Shown in pieces: positions 18,369 to 28,039 of a stretch of DNA of 64,000 nucleotides. Under the pieces are notes generated by a model. That model was given only the letters and a program-made list of their open reading frames with translations, made no database searches and was not told where the DNA came from. Source of the DNA: Bacteroidales bacterium (GTDB lineage Bacteria > Bacteroidota > Bacteroidia > Bacteroidales > F082); the NCBI GenBank assembly GCA_019454985.1, contig JACFNF010000009.1, forward strand, positions 31,692-95,691. Direction: 5' to 3'. The position numbers and the translations under genes were made by a program. Numbering within the stretch: position 1 is the first letter of the stretch; every line of letters starts with the position of its first letter.

Positions 18369-20768
18369 TCAGAAAGAATATTGCAACGAAAAGACGAAAT
18401 TACGCCCGGGAGCGACTAAACCTGAAGAATAAGGTCTGTATCGTTTGTCGAAAATATTCTCCACCCCTCCGCTGAAATTCAGGCTGCTGTTCACCCGCAC
18501 CATCGTCTTGAAGTTGAGGGTGTACCAGGCCGGCGAATAAGGATTTCCATCGGAATCAATGGCATACATATAATCTTTACCTTTTTCTTCCTGCGGCATT
18601 TGGTCGAAATTGACTGCATCCGAAAAATGTGTATTCAGCTCAAGGGTCACCTGCTGATTGGTATAACGCAGTCTTCCCATTCCGAAGAGCGGTGCAGCAT
18701 GGCGCAGAGGGCTTGTTGTGCCATCATCGAGTTCCTCATCGCCTTTTTGCCAGGTGAGATTACCTAACACGCTAAAACCGCTTCCAAGATTGAGTTCAAC
18801 AGCTGCCTGAACGCCATAGACGGTGGCCGAAGCTGCATTCTGGATGGCTTGAACACGGCTCATCTCGCCCTCATAAAGGATGCTGTCGGCGCCGTTCAGT
18901 TGGAAATTGCGACGCACTAAGGCATTTTGCAGATAAGTGTAGTAGCCGGTAAGATCTATCTTCAGGCTTCGACCCCAGGTTTTAGAAAAACCGGCTTCGG
19001 CATTATAGGCATATTCGGCTTTGAGGTCAGGATTGGGGACAACCACCGAGCCAGGCTCGGAGTCGAACACTTTTCCGATGTCGTCCACATTGGGCGAGCG
19101 GAAAGCTGAGGAAAGGTTTGCCATAAACAGAAACGATTTCGTAAGGTTCTGTGTGAGGCCAAGATTTCCGGTCAATGCACCCTGCCCAAGGCTTGCCGTG
19201 TTGAATGGCAGGGCAAACAAAGTGGTGTCGAAAGTTGCATCAAGACTATAATAATTGTACCTCAAACCGGCGTGAAGCAGGGTGTTTGTAACAAGTCGGT
19301 ATTGATAACCCCCAAAAGCAGCATATGAGCCCCAATTGGAAGCCGGATAGCGCGCCGGTCCGGGAACAACTTTTCCTTTTTTAATGTCCTCGTCAGTGCC
19401 GGTCGAAGTCACATCATTGAACACGATTTCGAGTCCATAAAACAGTTTAGCCCGATCGCCATGATGCTTTATAAAATCGGCATTCAGCGAATAGGCATCC
19501 ACCTCTTCGACCCGATGATAGAGTGCCGACTTATTGAAATTGCGGTCGTGACGGCTTTCTTCAAACCTCTGATAAGCAGCCGTCAGTCTCATCTCATCGT
19601 AAATCGGGTTGTTTCCCTGATGATGCAATGCAACGCGTTGCATCATCCAATCCTGCGGGCCGTAATACCACTCTGCGCTGCGTGGCAGCTTGCTTTTCAG
19701 GCGAAGCAGCCTGTCGTAGCGTGAGTAGTTGGTCGTGGTGGAATAATAAATACCATATTCCAATTTCAGGCGCTCGGTGGGTTGATAAACGAACTTCTGC
19801 ATCAGGTTCTGCTGGCTGTAGCCGGAAGGTGTCTGTACCAAAGGGTCAGGATTCGTAACCACACGGTCCACACTGTCGGCGCGAACCACATAATATGGCC
19901 TCAGGTATTCCTTCGGCCCATAGCTACCCATACGCAGGTCGCCAAAACGGTTGAAGCTGAAGCTTGTGAGCGATGCCCACTTTTTACCGGCAACACCCAC
20001 GTCAAGATGAGTGGTAAGTTCCTGATTAGCCGATGAAAAGCGGGTCGAAGCTTTTCCTTTCACTTCCACACCCTGTTGAACAAGGCGTGGTTCAAGGGTT
20101 TGAAACAGCATCACACCGCCGATGGCATCGCTGCCATACATGACTGAGCCTGGGCCAAAAAGCACTTCGGCCGACTCCACACTCTGGGGGTCAATGGAGA
20201 TGATATTCTGTACATTACCACCACGGAAAATCGCCGTGTTCATACGTACTCCATCCACCGAAATAAGTACACGGTTGGTAGCAAATCCACGAATCATCGG
20301 GCTACCGCCGCCCTGCTGACTTTTCTGGATAAACACCTCGCCACTCTGCCCAATGAGGTCGGCACTGGTTTGAACATTCTGCAAAGCTATCTCGTTGGCC
20401 GGAATGATGGTCACCCGTTGTGAAAGCTCACGGCGCGACTGTGCCCAACGGCTGGCCGATACCACTACCTCATCTAAGAGAATCTGGCTGGGATTTAACA
20501 AAACAAAGAATTCCTGACCGCGAAGATCGTGAAAGCTGCCACGGTAGATCGAGTAACCAAGCATACTGACGAAAACGCTGTCGGTATCGTGTAACTGAGA
20601 AAGATCAACAACTCCCGCCCGATTCGTGGTCAACGTGCCTTGCGGAGTAGTAACCGTAGCAAAAGGGAGTGGATTGCGATTCACAGCATCAGCCACCCTC
20701 AGGGTTTGCGAAAAAACAAGATTACTTGCCATGGTGGCAACCATGACAAAAAGCCATTTTTTTATCAT
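18369..20768 (-). CDS. TonB-dependent receptor (substrate unknown)
   Basis: 799 aa with a signal peptide, a CarboxypepD_reg-like N-terminus and a plug (GGGSPMIRGF, SVDGVRMN). The barrel has FRSPNVDDIG..VPNPDLKAE but no His between the boxes. The protein ends in the aromatic residue F. Confidence 0.85.
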   Translation of the reverse strand: MIKKWLFVMVATMASNLVFSQTLRVADAVNRNPLPFATVTTPQGTLTTNRAGVVDLSQLHDTDSVFVSMLGYSIYRGSFHDLRGQEFFVLLNPSQILLDEVVVSASRWAQSRRELSQRVTIIPANEIALQNVQTSADLIGQSGEVFIQKSQQGGGSPMIRGFATNRVLISVDGVRMNTAIFRGGNVQNIISIDPQSVESAEVLFGPGSVMYGSDAIGGVMLFQTLEPRLVQQGVEVKGKASTRFSSANQELTTHLDVGVAGKKWASLTSFSFNRFGDLRMGSYGPKEYLRPYYVVRADSVDRVVTNPDPLVQTPSGYSQQNLMQKFVYQPTERLKLEYGIYYSTTTNYSRYDRLLRLKSKLPRSAEWYYGPQDWMMQRVALHHQGNNPIYDEMRLTAAYQRFEESRHDRNFNKSALYHRVEEVDAYSLNADFIKHHGDRAKLFYGLEIVFNDVTSTGTDEDIKKGKVVPGPARYPASNWGSYAAFGGYQYRLVTNTLLHAGLRYNYYSLDATFDTTLFALPFNTASLGQGALTGNLGLTQNLTKSFLFMANLSSAFRSPNVDDIGKVFDSEPGSVVVPNPDLKAEYAYNAEAGFSKTWGRSLKIDLTGYYTYLQNALVRRNFQLNGADSILYEGEMSRVQAIQNAASATVYGVQAAVELNLGSGFSVLGNLTWQKGDEELDDGTTSPLRHAAPLFGMGRLRYTNQQVTLELNTHFSDAVNFDQMPQEEKGKDYMYAIDSDGNPYSPAWYTLNFKTMVRVNSSLNFSGGVENIFDKRYRPYSSGLVAPGRNFVFSLQYSF

Positions 20769-20829
20769 TGTAAATTATGAGTATTAAAAAAATAATGATT
20801 GAATTTCAATAAATTAGCTTAAAACTCAA

Positions 20830-21369
20830 TCAGGATTTTGGAGGATGACCGGGAGGATGTGGTAAAAATTCAATCACTGAAAAAATATATTCCGAAGAAA
20901 AGGCCGGAAGGTTTTCAGGAGGATCTTTGAGTTTCTCATACGCAATGGATGATAAATACCAGTTGTAATACTCCTCCAAAACTTTTTGCGGAAGTGGCTT
21001 GTCTGTATTTTTTTGATTATCGCGAATTAGCTTTTTCAGTTTTACTTTCAACTTTGTCTCTTTCACATCCGGATAAACCAGATACCATGTTGTTTCGTCA
21101 AACTCTTGTTTTTCAACAATATCGTACATCTGGCCGCGGTATTCAAATTCGCGCGAATGGATTTCGCGAAAAGGGCGCGAAGGGTCATTTTTCACCGCAT
21201 CGGGAATTTCAATCAGCATCAGCTCCCAGGCATGAAAGCCTTCCACAAGCCGTTTCCTCACGGCCTCCCGCTGCTGCTGCCGCTGGATAAGCACAACCCA
21301 GTAGAGCCCCGCCTGCAACAGAAAGAGCAACGACAACAACACAAATCCGATGGCGATAATCCTTTTCAA
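20830..21369 (-). CDS. hypothetical membrane-anchored protein
   Basis: 179 aa with one N-terminal TM segment (IIAIGFVLLSLLFLLQAGLYWVVL) and a charged soluble part ending HPPGHPPKS. It lies 61 nt upstream of the TonB receptor on the same strand. No recognised family. Confidence 0.45.
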   Translation of the reverse strand: MKRIIAIGFVLLSLLFLLQAGLYWVVLIQRQQQREAVRKRLVEGFHAWELMLIEIPDAVKNDPSRPFREIHSREFEYRGQMYDIVEKQEFDETTWYLVYPDVKETKLKVKLKKLIRDNQKNTDKPLPQKVLEEYYNWYLSSIAYEKLKDPPENLPAFSSEYIFSVIEFLPHPPGHPPKS

Positions 21370-21422
21370 AACAGCGCAAAGCTAATATTTTTGTCGGAGC
21401 AACAAATCCTGTCGGGAAAAAT

Positions 21423-22049
21423 TCACCTCATTTTGCATTTTGCGACGACTGACACCAATAACTTTTTTAATTCTCTAAATAAACAGCAAAGCATTGAACC
21501 AAGGGCTACGGCAACAAAAAACCATTTGAAAGCGCCGGCCATAGAAGCCAAAAGAGCAGTTGAAGACAAAACAACCGGATAATGAGCGAGCATCCGCAGG
21601 ATAAGGTAGTTTTCAGCCAAATCGGCCAAAAGTGCGCCATAAGGAGCAAAAGCAAAAAATAAGCTTATTTTATTGGGTTTCTCCGACAGGCAAAATCTGA
21701 CATAAAGAAAATGAAGGAGCAATGAATAGGCAAAAGGATAAACCATATCGGCCAGCAATTGAGCGCTGTATGCCTGACGACCCGGTTGCCCCAAGGCCAA
21801 AAATAGATTTTGCACGTCCGAAGCAGTATAAAACAAGCGAACATCCAAAATTGAAATACCTTGATTTTGAATATCCAAGGCAAAAGACGGGAAAACAAAA
21901 AGGTTAAACCAAAGCACAATTCCGCCGGTAATGATTAAGCTAACCCATTGCATCCAGACAGTGAACCACCGAAAAAAAATAAGATCCGAAAGCCGTTTCA
22001 AGCGCATAAGCCTCCGCAAAAAGAGTGTATATTTGCAAAATAACAACAA
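21423..22049 (-). CDS. hypothetical polytopic membrane protein
   Basis: Up to 208 aa with 5-6 hydrophobic segments. The true start is probably an internal Met (MRLKRL or MQWVSL), because the divergent promoter of the next gene lies at 22028. Confidence 0.45.
   Translation of the reverse strand: MLLFCKYTLFLRRLMRLKRLSDLIFFRWFTVWMQWVSLIITGGIVLWFNLFVFPSFALDIQNQGISILDVRLFYTASDVQNLFLALGQPGRQAYSAQLLADMVYPFAYSLLLHFLYVRFCLSEKPNKISLFFAFAPYGALLADLAENYLILRMLAHYPVVLSSTALLASMAGAFKWFFVAVALGSMLCCLFRELKKLLVSVVAKCKMR
22028..22035 (+). promoter_or_regulatory. -7 promoter box (TAnnTTTG) for 22078..22587
   Basis: TATATTTG, 42 nt upstream of the ATG. The leader contains the small hairpin ATCTCCT-ca-AGGAGAT. Confidence 0.35.
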
Positions 22050-22077
22050 AAAATCTCCTCAAGGAGATTACTTCAAC

Positions 22078-22587
22078 ATGGCTACAGCTAAAAAGCGCAA
22101 AACGGGAAGCAGGCGTGGCGGCAGTTCCAAAAAAGGAAATCACCGCGGACTTCAGCTTTTGCTGCAATTGATTGTCATTTTGCTGGTTCTCTCGGGTATT
22201 GCGTTAGCTGCCGCTTACGTTTATCAACGACAATCCGGCATCAAAACCAATGATCTTTCTTCCGAATCAAATGAAAACAGTTCTCAGCCCACTGAAAACC
22301 TGCTTACCGGAACATGGATCAATAACGACACCGGCGCCATGTTTACGATTGAAGGCAACCATTTCAACTTAGACTTTCCTTCGGTTGAAGCCGGAAAGCC
22401 CATGATCGGGAAAATCCAGTTTTCGGGTAACTCCTTCATACTGAATGCAACACCAATGAACGATTGCGAAAATATCACCGGAAAATATACTTTCAAATTA
22501 CATGAAGACGATTTGAAGATTATACTCGTTAATGACAATTGCACAAAACGCGCCCATAAACTTGAAGGAAGCTGGTATAAAATGTAA
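22078..22587 (+). CDS. hypothetical membrane-anchored protein with basic N-terminal tail
   Basis: Start at MATAKKRKTGSRRGGSSKKGNHRG, with a TATATTTG box 42 nt upstream. It has one TM segment and a ~110-aa Cys-containing extracytoplasmic domain. The track ORF start at 21931 overlaps the divergent gene. Confidence 0.5.
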   Translation: MATAKKRKTGSRRGGSSKKGNHRGLQLLLQLIVILLVLSGIALAAAYVYQRQSGIKTNDLSSESNENSSQPTENLLTGTWINNDTGAMFTIEGNHFNLDFPSVEAGKPMIGKIQFSGNSFILNATPMNDCENITGKYTFKLHEDDLKIILVNDNCTKRAHKLEGSWYKM

Positions 22588-22654
22588 AAAACAATTGCTG
22601 AACCGACCGACATCACAAACATCAACTTATAATACGAAACCCCGAACTGACTTT

Positions 22655-24064
22655 ATGCCGTCTTACAAACCAATGCCAAAATCTGTTTTTATTTCTAAAG
22701 CCCTGCTGACTAATTTTTTCCTGCTTTTTCTGGCCCTTGGCGGGAGCGCTCAAAACATCATCTCAGGAACCATCGAAGGTTATGAGCAAAAACCGGTCAG
22801 TTTGCTTTTAGTCCGCGGCGATATGCGCTTGCCTGTTGATTCGGCAAAAACCGACAAAAATGGAAATTTTCGTTTAGAAACAAAAAGCTGGTACCAACCT
22901 GGAATGTACGAACTCAAAATCCAGGACGGCTTTCGTATTCCGCTGATATACAACCACGAAAACATCCGGTTTGTTTCAGATGCGCCCGATGAGGAGGGAG
23001 CAGTTCGGTTTATTGAATCTGATGAAAACAAAGTGTGGCATGAATACATTGTTGCAAAAACACGTACCAAAGCGCTTCAGGATGTGTTAAAACCTGTGCT
23101 TCAGCAGTATCCGCCAAAGGAGGCATTTTACCAGCAAACCGTTGAAGAGTTTAACAAGCTGCAAAACAGCCTCAAGCGGAAAGCCGACTCGCTTTACCAC
23201 CATCGTTCTGAATTGCTTTCCGCACGTTTCATCCGGGCCGATGCGCCGGCAATCGTCAATCTAGGCCTTGACTTTGAACAACAACGTGCTGATTTGCTTG
23301 CTCATTTTTTCGATCAATGCGATTTTGCCGACACCACACTCATTGCTTCCGACATTCTCAGCCGGAAAATGATTGATTTTCTGGCGCTTCACCAGACGCC
23401 CCAGATGGACATCCACGAGATTCAGGCAGCTTTCATCCGTGGTTTAGATGTGATTTTGGAAAAAGCTTCTGTCGAAAATAAAACCTACCTCTTCGTTCTT
23501 TCCTATTTTATTGATGGTTTTGCACGCATGGGTCTTACGGCAATCACCGATTACCTGAGTACCTTACCCCATCTGAACAGCGACTGTCTCGACCTTTCGA
23601 CTTCGATGGAAATTGAGCGGGTTGCTGGACCTCATCGCCGCATCATCACCGGGTCGGCGGCGCCCGAGCTTCTGCCGGAAACCATCAATGGAGAGCCATT
23701 CTCTCTCGAACACTTTCGTGGAAAGCTGAAAATCCTTGTCTTTTGGTCGGTAAACTGCCAACACTGCCTCAAAATGCTACCCGAGCTAAAAAAGCTGTCT
23801 GTGAAATTCCCCGAGCTTCAAATCATTTCGTTTGTGATTAGCAACGACCGGCCGAAACTTGACGAGATCATCCAAAACGAACATCTCGACTGGATTCACC
23901 TGAGCGATGGATTGATATGGGAAAGCCCTGTAGTTCAGTCTTATATGGTTTACGGCACTCCTACCCTTTTCCTTTTGGATGAAGAAAATCATATCATGGC
24001 AAAGCCTGTTTCTATTGAAGAAACCCAATCATTGCTCGAACAGTATTTTCATTCGGAAAAATAA
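22655..24064 (+). CDS. TlpA-like thiol:disulfide oxidoreductase with N-terminal DUF4369-like domain
   Basis: Start at MPSYKPMPKSVFISKALLTNFFLLFLALGGSAQ. The N-terminal beta domain is IISGTIEGYEQKPVSLLLV...DKNGNFRLE. The C-terminal thioredoxin fold is KILVFWSVNCQHCLKMLPELKKL (CxxC). Confidence 0.75.
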   Translation: MPSYKPMPKSVFISKALLTNFFLLFLALGGSAQNIISGTIEGYEQKPVSLLLVRGDMRLPVDSAKTDKNGNFRLETKSWYQPGMYELKIQDGFRIPLIYNHENIRFVSDAPDEEGAVRFIESDENKVWHEYIVAKTRTKALQDVLKPVLQQYPPKEAFYQQTVEEFNKLQNSLKRKADSLYHHRSELLSARFIRADAPAIVNLGLDFEQQRADLLAHFFDQCDFADTTLIASDILSRKMIDFLALHQTPQMDIHEIQAAFIRGLDVILEKASVENKTYLFVLSYFIDGFARMGLTAITDYLSTLPHLNSDCLDLSTSMEIERVAGPHRRIITGSAAPELLPETINGEPFSLEHFRGKLKILVFWSVNCQHCLKMLPELKKLSVKFPELQIISFVISNDRPKLDEIIQNEHLDWIHLSDGLIWESPVVQSYMVYGTPTLFLLDEENHIMAKPVSIEETQSLLEQYFHSEK

Positions 24065-24083
24065 ACACCAAGCACAAGATATT

Positions 24084-25892
24084 ATGAAAATCAGGTCATT
24101 CACTTCGACAATTCGCCAATTTATTCTTTCTGTAATCCTCATTTTTGCCGCAGGTAATTCTTTTGCACAAGATTTAGCTGCATCCCGATGGGTTGACTCT
24201 GTTTACCAGCAACTGAGCCTCGACGAACGCATTGCACAACTGATGATCGTGAGAGCCAACCAGCCCGACAAGCCGTATCGCACCGACATTGCTGAACTGA
24301 TTGAACACTACAACATTGGTGGAGTTTGCTTCTTTAAAGGTGCGCCCAAGTCGCAGGTTTACCAATCCAACAAATGGCAGCAAAAAGCACGCACCCCGCT
24401 TTTCATCAGCATTGATGCCGAATGGGGTTTGGCCATGCGTTTGGGTCAGACCGTGACGTACCCTTATCAGATGAGCCTTGGTGCCATTCAAAACGATGAA
24501 CAGATTTACGAGATGGGGCGCCAGATTGGAGAGCAGTGCAAACGCATGGGCATTCACATCAATTTTGCTCCGGTGGCCGACGTCAACAGCAATCCCGATA
24601 ATCCTGTCATTGGGATGAGGAGTTTCGGCAATATTCCGGAGATGGTTGGAAAAAAAGCATTAGCCTATGCCCGTGGTCTTCAGGATATGGGCATCATCAC
24701 CACAGCCAAACATTTTCCGGGGCATGGCGACACCCAGAACGACTCACATTACACCCTCCCCATTCTCAATCATAACCGGGCTCATTTTGATTCTATCGAG
24801 CTCAAGCCATTCAAATATCTGATTCAGAACGGGATTCAAGGGGTGATGACGGCTCATCTGCACGTTCCTGCGCTCGACGACTCAAAGAGCCTGCCTTCAT
24901 GCCTCTCGCCCAAAATTGTTACCGGGATTTTAAAAAACGAATTGGGCTTCTCCGGACTGATCGTCACCGACGGGCTCGACATGAAAGGAGTCACCTCAGT
25001 TCAGCCTTCGGGAAAGATTGAGTTGATGGCCCTTCAGGCCGGAAACGACATTCTGTTATTGCCCGAAAACGTGCCTTTGGCCATTTCTACCATCAAAGTA
25101 GCGCTCGAAAATGGTGAACTTGACCCTGCACGAATCGAAGAAAGTTGCAAGAAAGTGCTGATGTTCAAATACAAGGCCGGCCTCAACCAATATCGCCCAG
25201 CCCTGATCGAAAACTTAGAAAACGATCTAAACCGACCCGAATACAACGATTTGGTTCAAACACTCTACAACTATGCCATCACTGTGCTTCGTAATCAGGA
25301 ATCCGTTCTGCCGCTTCAGTCCGGCTCGGGCGAGTGGGCGCTGGTTTCCATTGGTAAAAAAGCTGAAAACATAGACGTGTTGGAAAACAAATTCCCCGGA
25401 TTAAAATCGTTCACTCTGCTGCACAATGCTGACAAAGCCGCTGTGGAGCTTCTGAAAGAGCAATTGAAACCCTACAAAAACGTAATTGTAGACATACGAA
25501 AAACCCACCTGCTGACCAATAAAAACTATGGCATTAGTGAGACAAGTATTACCTTTGTCAATCAACTTTCAAAAGACAAAAGACTGGTTTTCAACCTATT
25601 TGCTGCACCTTACGCCTTAGATTTTTTTAAGATTAACGACAATTTCGCTGCAATTCTCATCGGATATCAGGACACTCCCGAGGCAGTAAAGGCGCTTCGG
25701 CAAGTTCTTGTCGGACGTGTGTCGCCCACAGGCAAGCTCCCGGTGAGCCTCAAAAGTGGATTTGAAGCCGGCGAAGGCCTAAGTTTTGAGCCGGTCAGAG
25801 GCGAGAAAAAAGGTGTTTCAGAACCTGTATTTCAACCCCAAATTACGGGGGAAGGCGAACAAACCTCCGACAATTTTTTTTTCGGCAGATAG
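24084..25892 (+). CDS. glycoside hydrolase family 3 N-terminal domain protein (NagZ-like beta-N-acetylhexosaminidase); 5' part of a frameshifted fusion gene
   Basis: Start at MKIRSFTSTIRQFILSVILIFAAGNSFAQ (signal peptide). GH3 motifs are present: RIAQLMIV, SIDAEWG, NFAPVADV, KHFPGHGDT..DSH and the nucleophile region IVTDGLDM. The reading frame ends just after a T9 run. Confidence 0.8.
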   Translation: MKIRSFTSTIRQFILSVILIFAAGNSFAQDLAASRWVDSVYQQLSLDERIAQLMIVRANQPDKPYRTDIAELIEHYNIGGVCFFKGAPKSQVYQSNKWQQKARTPLFISIDAEWGLAMRLGQTVTYPYQMSLGAIQNDEQIYEMGRQIGEQCKRMGIHINFAPVADVNSNPDNPVIGMRSFGNIPEMVGKKALAYARGLQDMGIITTAKHFPGHGDTQNDSHYTLPILNHNRAHFDSIELKPFKYLIQNGIQGVMTAHLHVPALDDSKSLPSCLSPKIVTGILKNELGFSGLIVTDGLDMKGVTSVQPSGKIELMALQAGNDILLLPENVPLAISTIKVALENGELDPARIEESCKKVLMFKYKAGLNQYRPALIENLENDLNRPEYNDLVQTLYNYAITVLRNQESVLPLQSGSGEWALVSIGKKAENIDVLENKFPGLKSFTLLHNADKAAVELLKEQLKPYKNVIVDIRKTHLLTNKNYGISETSITFVNQLSKDKRLVFNLFAAPYALDFFKINDNFAAILIGYQDTPEAVKALRQVLVGRVSPTGKLPVSLKSGFEAGEGLSFEPVRGEKKGVSEPVFQPQITGEGEQTSDNFFFGR

Positions 25893-27046
25893 ATTCAATT
25901 GCCCTTGACGGGATAAAGAAAAAAGCCTACCCCGGCTGCCAAATTGTAGCCATCTACAACGGAAAAACCATTTATCAGAAATCGTTGGGTTTTCTGACCT
26001 ACGACAGTCTTGAACCAGTGACCGACCAAACTCTTTATGATCTTGCCAGCCTCACCAAGATTTTAGCGACAACATTAGCTGTCATGAAGTTGTATGACGA
26101 TTCATTACTTTTCATGAGTCAAACCCTTGGTGATTTTCTTCCTTTCCTCAAAAAAACCGACAAAGGCCTTCTCCGCATCTACGACATCCTGACCCACCAG
26201 TCGGGATTGGACGGTTGGATTCCATTTTACCAGAAGACCCTTCGCAATGGCCAACCTGATACTTCGATTTACCATACCCGAGCCGATCCCGACTATCCCT
26301 GGCGAGTTGCAGAAAACCTCTACCTCAACAAAAAATATCGCTTCAACATTTTTGGGCAGATTGCTTCGAGCAAACTCAAAAAGAAAGAATACCGTTACAG
26401 CGACTTGGGTTTTATATTGTTTCCTACCATCATCGAACTGTTGACCAATCAGCCCTTCGACGATTATGTGGCGGACAATTTCTATCGGCCTTTGCAATTG
26501 GAAAGATTGATGTTTCAACCTTTGAAACGATTCCCAAAAGGCAACATTGCACCGACTGAAAACGACAAGGAGTTTCGGATGCAGCTTTTACGCGGCGATG
26601 TTCACGACCCTGCTGCAGCCATGCTTGGTGGCGTATCGGGGCATGCCGGCCTTTTTGGCAATGCAGAGTCGGTGGCACGCATCATGCAGTTTTTACTCGA
26701 CCATGGCGAGGTCAACGGGAAGAGACTCATTCAGCCTGAGACCATTGACTTTTTCACTAAAAGCCACTTTAAAAACAACCATCGTGGACTTGGATTCGAC
26801 AAGCCGCCCCTCGACACTGCTGAAAACAACCGTGCCATGGCTAAAAGTGCTTCGGCTAAAAGCTTTGGCCATACCGGCTTCACCGGAACTTTTGCATGGG
26901 CCGACCCCGAAAATAAACTTGTTGTCGTATTTTTGTCGAACCGTGTGTATCCCGATGCAAAAACCAATCTCCTGGCACGCCTCGGAATTCGACCGGCCAT
27001 TCACGAAGTTTTTTACCGGTATGTAGCCTCACAAAGCAAAAAATAA
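25883..27046 (+). CDS. beta-lactamase-family serine hydrolase domain; 3' part of the frameshifted fusion gene
   Basis: The track ORF starts at a TTG (25985). The same frame is open and homologous-looking from 25883 (RQIDSIALDGIKKKAYPGCQIVAIYNGKTIYQKSLGFLTYDS). It has the catalytic SxxK (DLASLTKIL), then YSD and HTGFTG motifs of class-C/AmpH-like hydrolases. Confidence 0.75.
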   Translation, partial: RQIDSIALDGIKKKAYPGCQIVAIYNGKTIYQKSLGFLTYDSLEPVTDQTLYDLASLTKILATTLAVMKLYDDSLLFMSQTLGDFLPFLKKTDKGLLRIYDILTHQSGLDGWIPFYQKTLRNGQPDTSIYHTRADPDYPWRVAENLYLNKKYRFNIFGQIASSKLKKKEYRYSDLGFILFPTIIELLTNQPFDDYVADNFYRPLQLERLMFQPLKRFPKGNIAPTENDKEFRMQLLRGDVHDPAAAMLGGVSGHAGLFGNAESVARIMQFLLDHGEVNGKRLIQPETIDFFTKSHFKNNHRGLGFDKPPLDTAENNRAMAKSASAKSFGHTGFTGTFAWADPENKLVVVFLSNRVYPDAKTNLLARLGIRPAIHEVFYRYVASQSKK

Positions 27047-27958
27047 ATGCACAAAATCTCAAGCCATACCGACAATCATCGCGAAAGTCGGAATCTCTTT
27101 CTCACCGTCCTGCTCAACTTAATCATTTCGTTGGTTGAGCTTGTCGGAGGGCTGATTTCTAATTCTTTGGCATTGGTTTCCGATGCTTTGCATAACTTCA
27201 GTGACGGTATCGCGGTGATGATCACCTATTTTGCCAACAGAATAAGCCGGCGGCCTGCCAACCAGCAGCTTACCTTCGGCTATAAACGCATCCAGATCAT
27301 TGCGGCATTGTTCAATGCCCTGAGCCTGATTGCGATCTGTATTTTCCTACTCATCGAAGCCTGGAAACGATTCTGGCATCCCGAACCCATTCAGGGATTT
27401 ACCATGCTTTACGTGGCCATCATCGGGATGATTGCCAATTTCGCCGGTATCATTTTGCTACGCGACTTCTCAAAGAAAAACCTCAACATTAAAGCAGCTT
27501 ATCTTCATCTGATTGGCGATACCCTTTCGAGCGTGGCCGTCATTGTGGGAGGAATATTGGTGATTGCTTACGAACTTTATTGGGTTGATCCCATCATCAC
27601 GGCCATCATCAGCATTTACATCCTGAAAGAAACCTGGGAAGTGGTTTCTGAAACATATCATATTCTGATGCAGGCAGGCCCAAAAAACAACGACATCAAA
27701 GCCTTGGCAGAGCGGGTCATGCAAATTGACAATATCAAAAGCATTCATCACATCCACGCCTGGCAGCTTACCGACAACGACCTTCATTTTGAGGCCCATA
27801 TTGCCATCGAACACGATATGCCGTTGAGCGAGGTGCAGAAAAAACTCGATAAAGCGCGCGACATCATCCGGCATGAATTTGGCTACACGCACATTACCCT
27901 GCAAGCCGAACTCGATCGTTGTACCGATCAGGGATTAATACCTTTACGCGAAAACTGA
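27047..27958 (+). CDS. cation diffusion facilitator (CDF) family metal efflux transporter
   Basis: 303 aa with six TM segments. Has the motifs SLALVSDALHNFSD and HLIGDTLSS and a cytoplasmic C-terminal domain. The ATG directly abuts the TAA of the preceding gene. Confidence 0.88.
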   Translation: MHKISSHTDNHRESRNLFLTVLLNLIISLVELVGGLISNSLALVSDALHNFSDGIAVMITYFANRISRRPANQQLTFGYKRIQIIAALFNALSLIAICIFLLIEAWKRFWHPEPIQGFTMLYVAIIGMIANFAGIILLRDFSKKNLNIKAAYLHLIGDTLSSVAVIVGGILVIAYELYWVDPIITAIISIYILKETWEVVSETYHILMQAGPKNNDIKALAERVMQIDNIKSIHHIHAWQLTDNDLHFEAHIAIEHDMPLSEVQKKLDKARDIIRHEFGYTHITLQAELDRCTDQGLIPLREN

Positions 27959-28009
27959 ACAAAAAAGACCCCTTTATGATTACTTTTGACAACGCATTAT
28001 TGCATTGGC

Positions 28010-28017
28010 TACTTTTG
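28010..28017 (+). promoter_or_regulatory. -7 promoter box (TAnnTTTG) for 28040..28867
   Basis: TACTTTTG, 22 nt upstream of the ATG. A second identical box lies at 27981-27988. Confidence 0.35.
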
Positions 28018-28039
28018 CAAACTCAAGTCACTCAGTAAA

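Noticed and set aside
21931-22077. The N-terminal extension of ORF 21931..22587, which overlaps the divergent membrane protein gene.
   Set aside because: The extension overlaps 21423..22049 on the other strand and contains the TATATTTG box. The Met at 22078 gives a sensible basic tail + TM topology.
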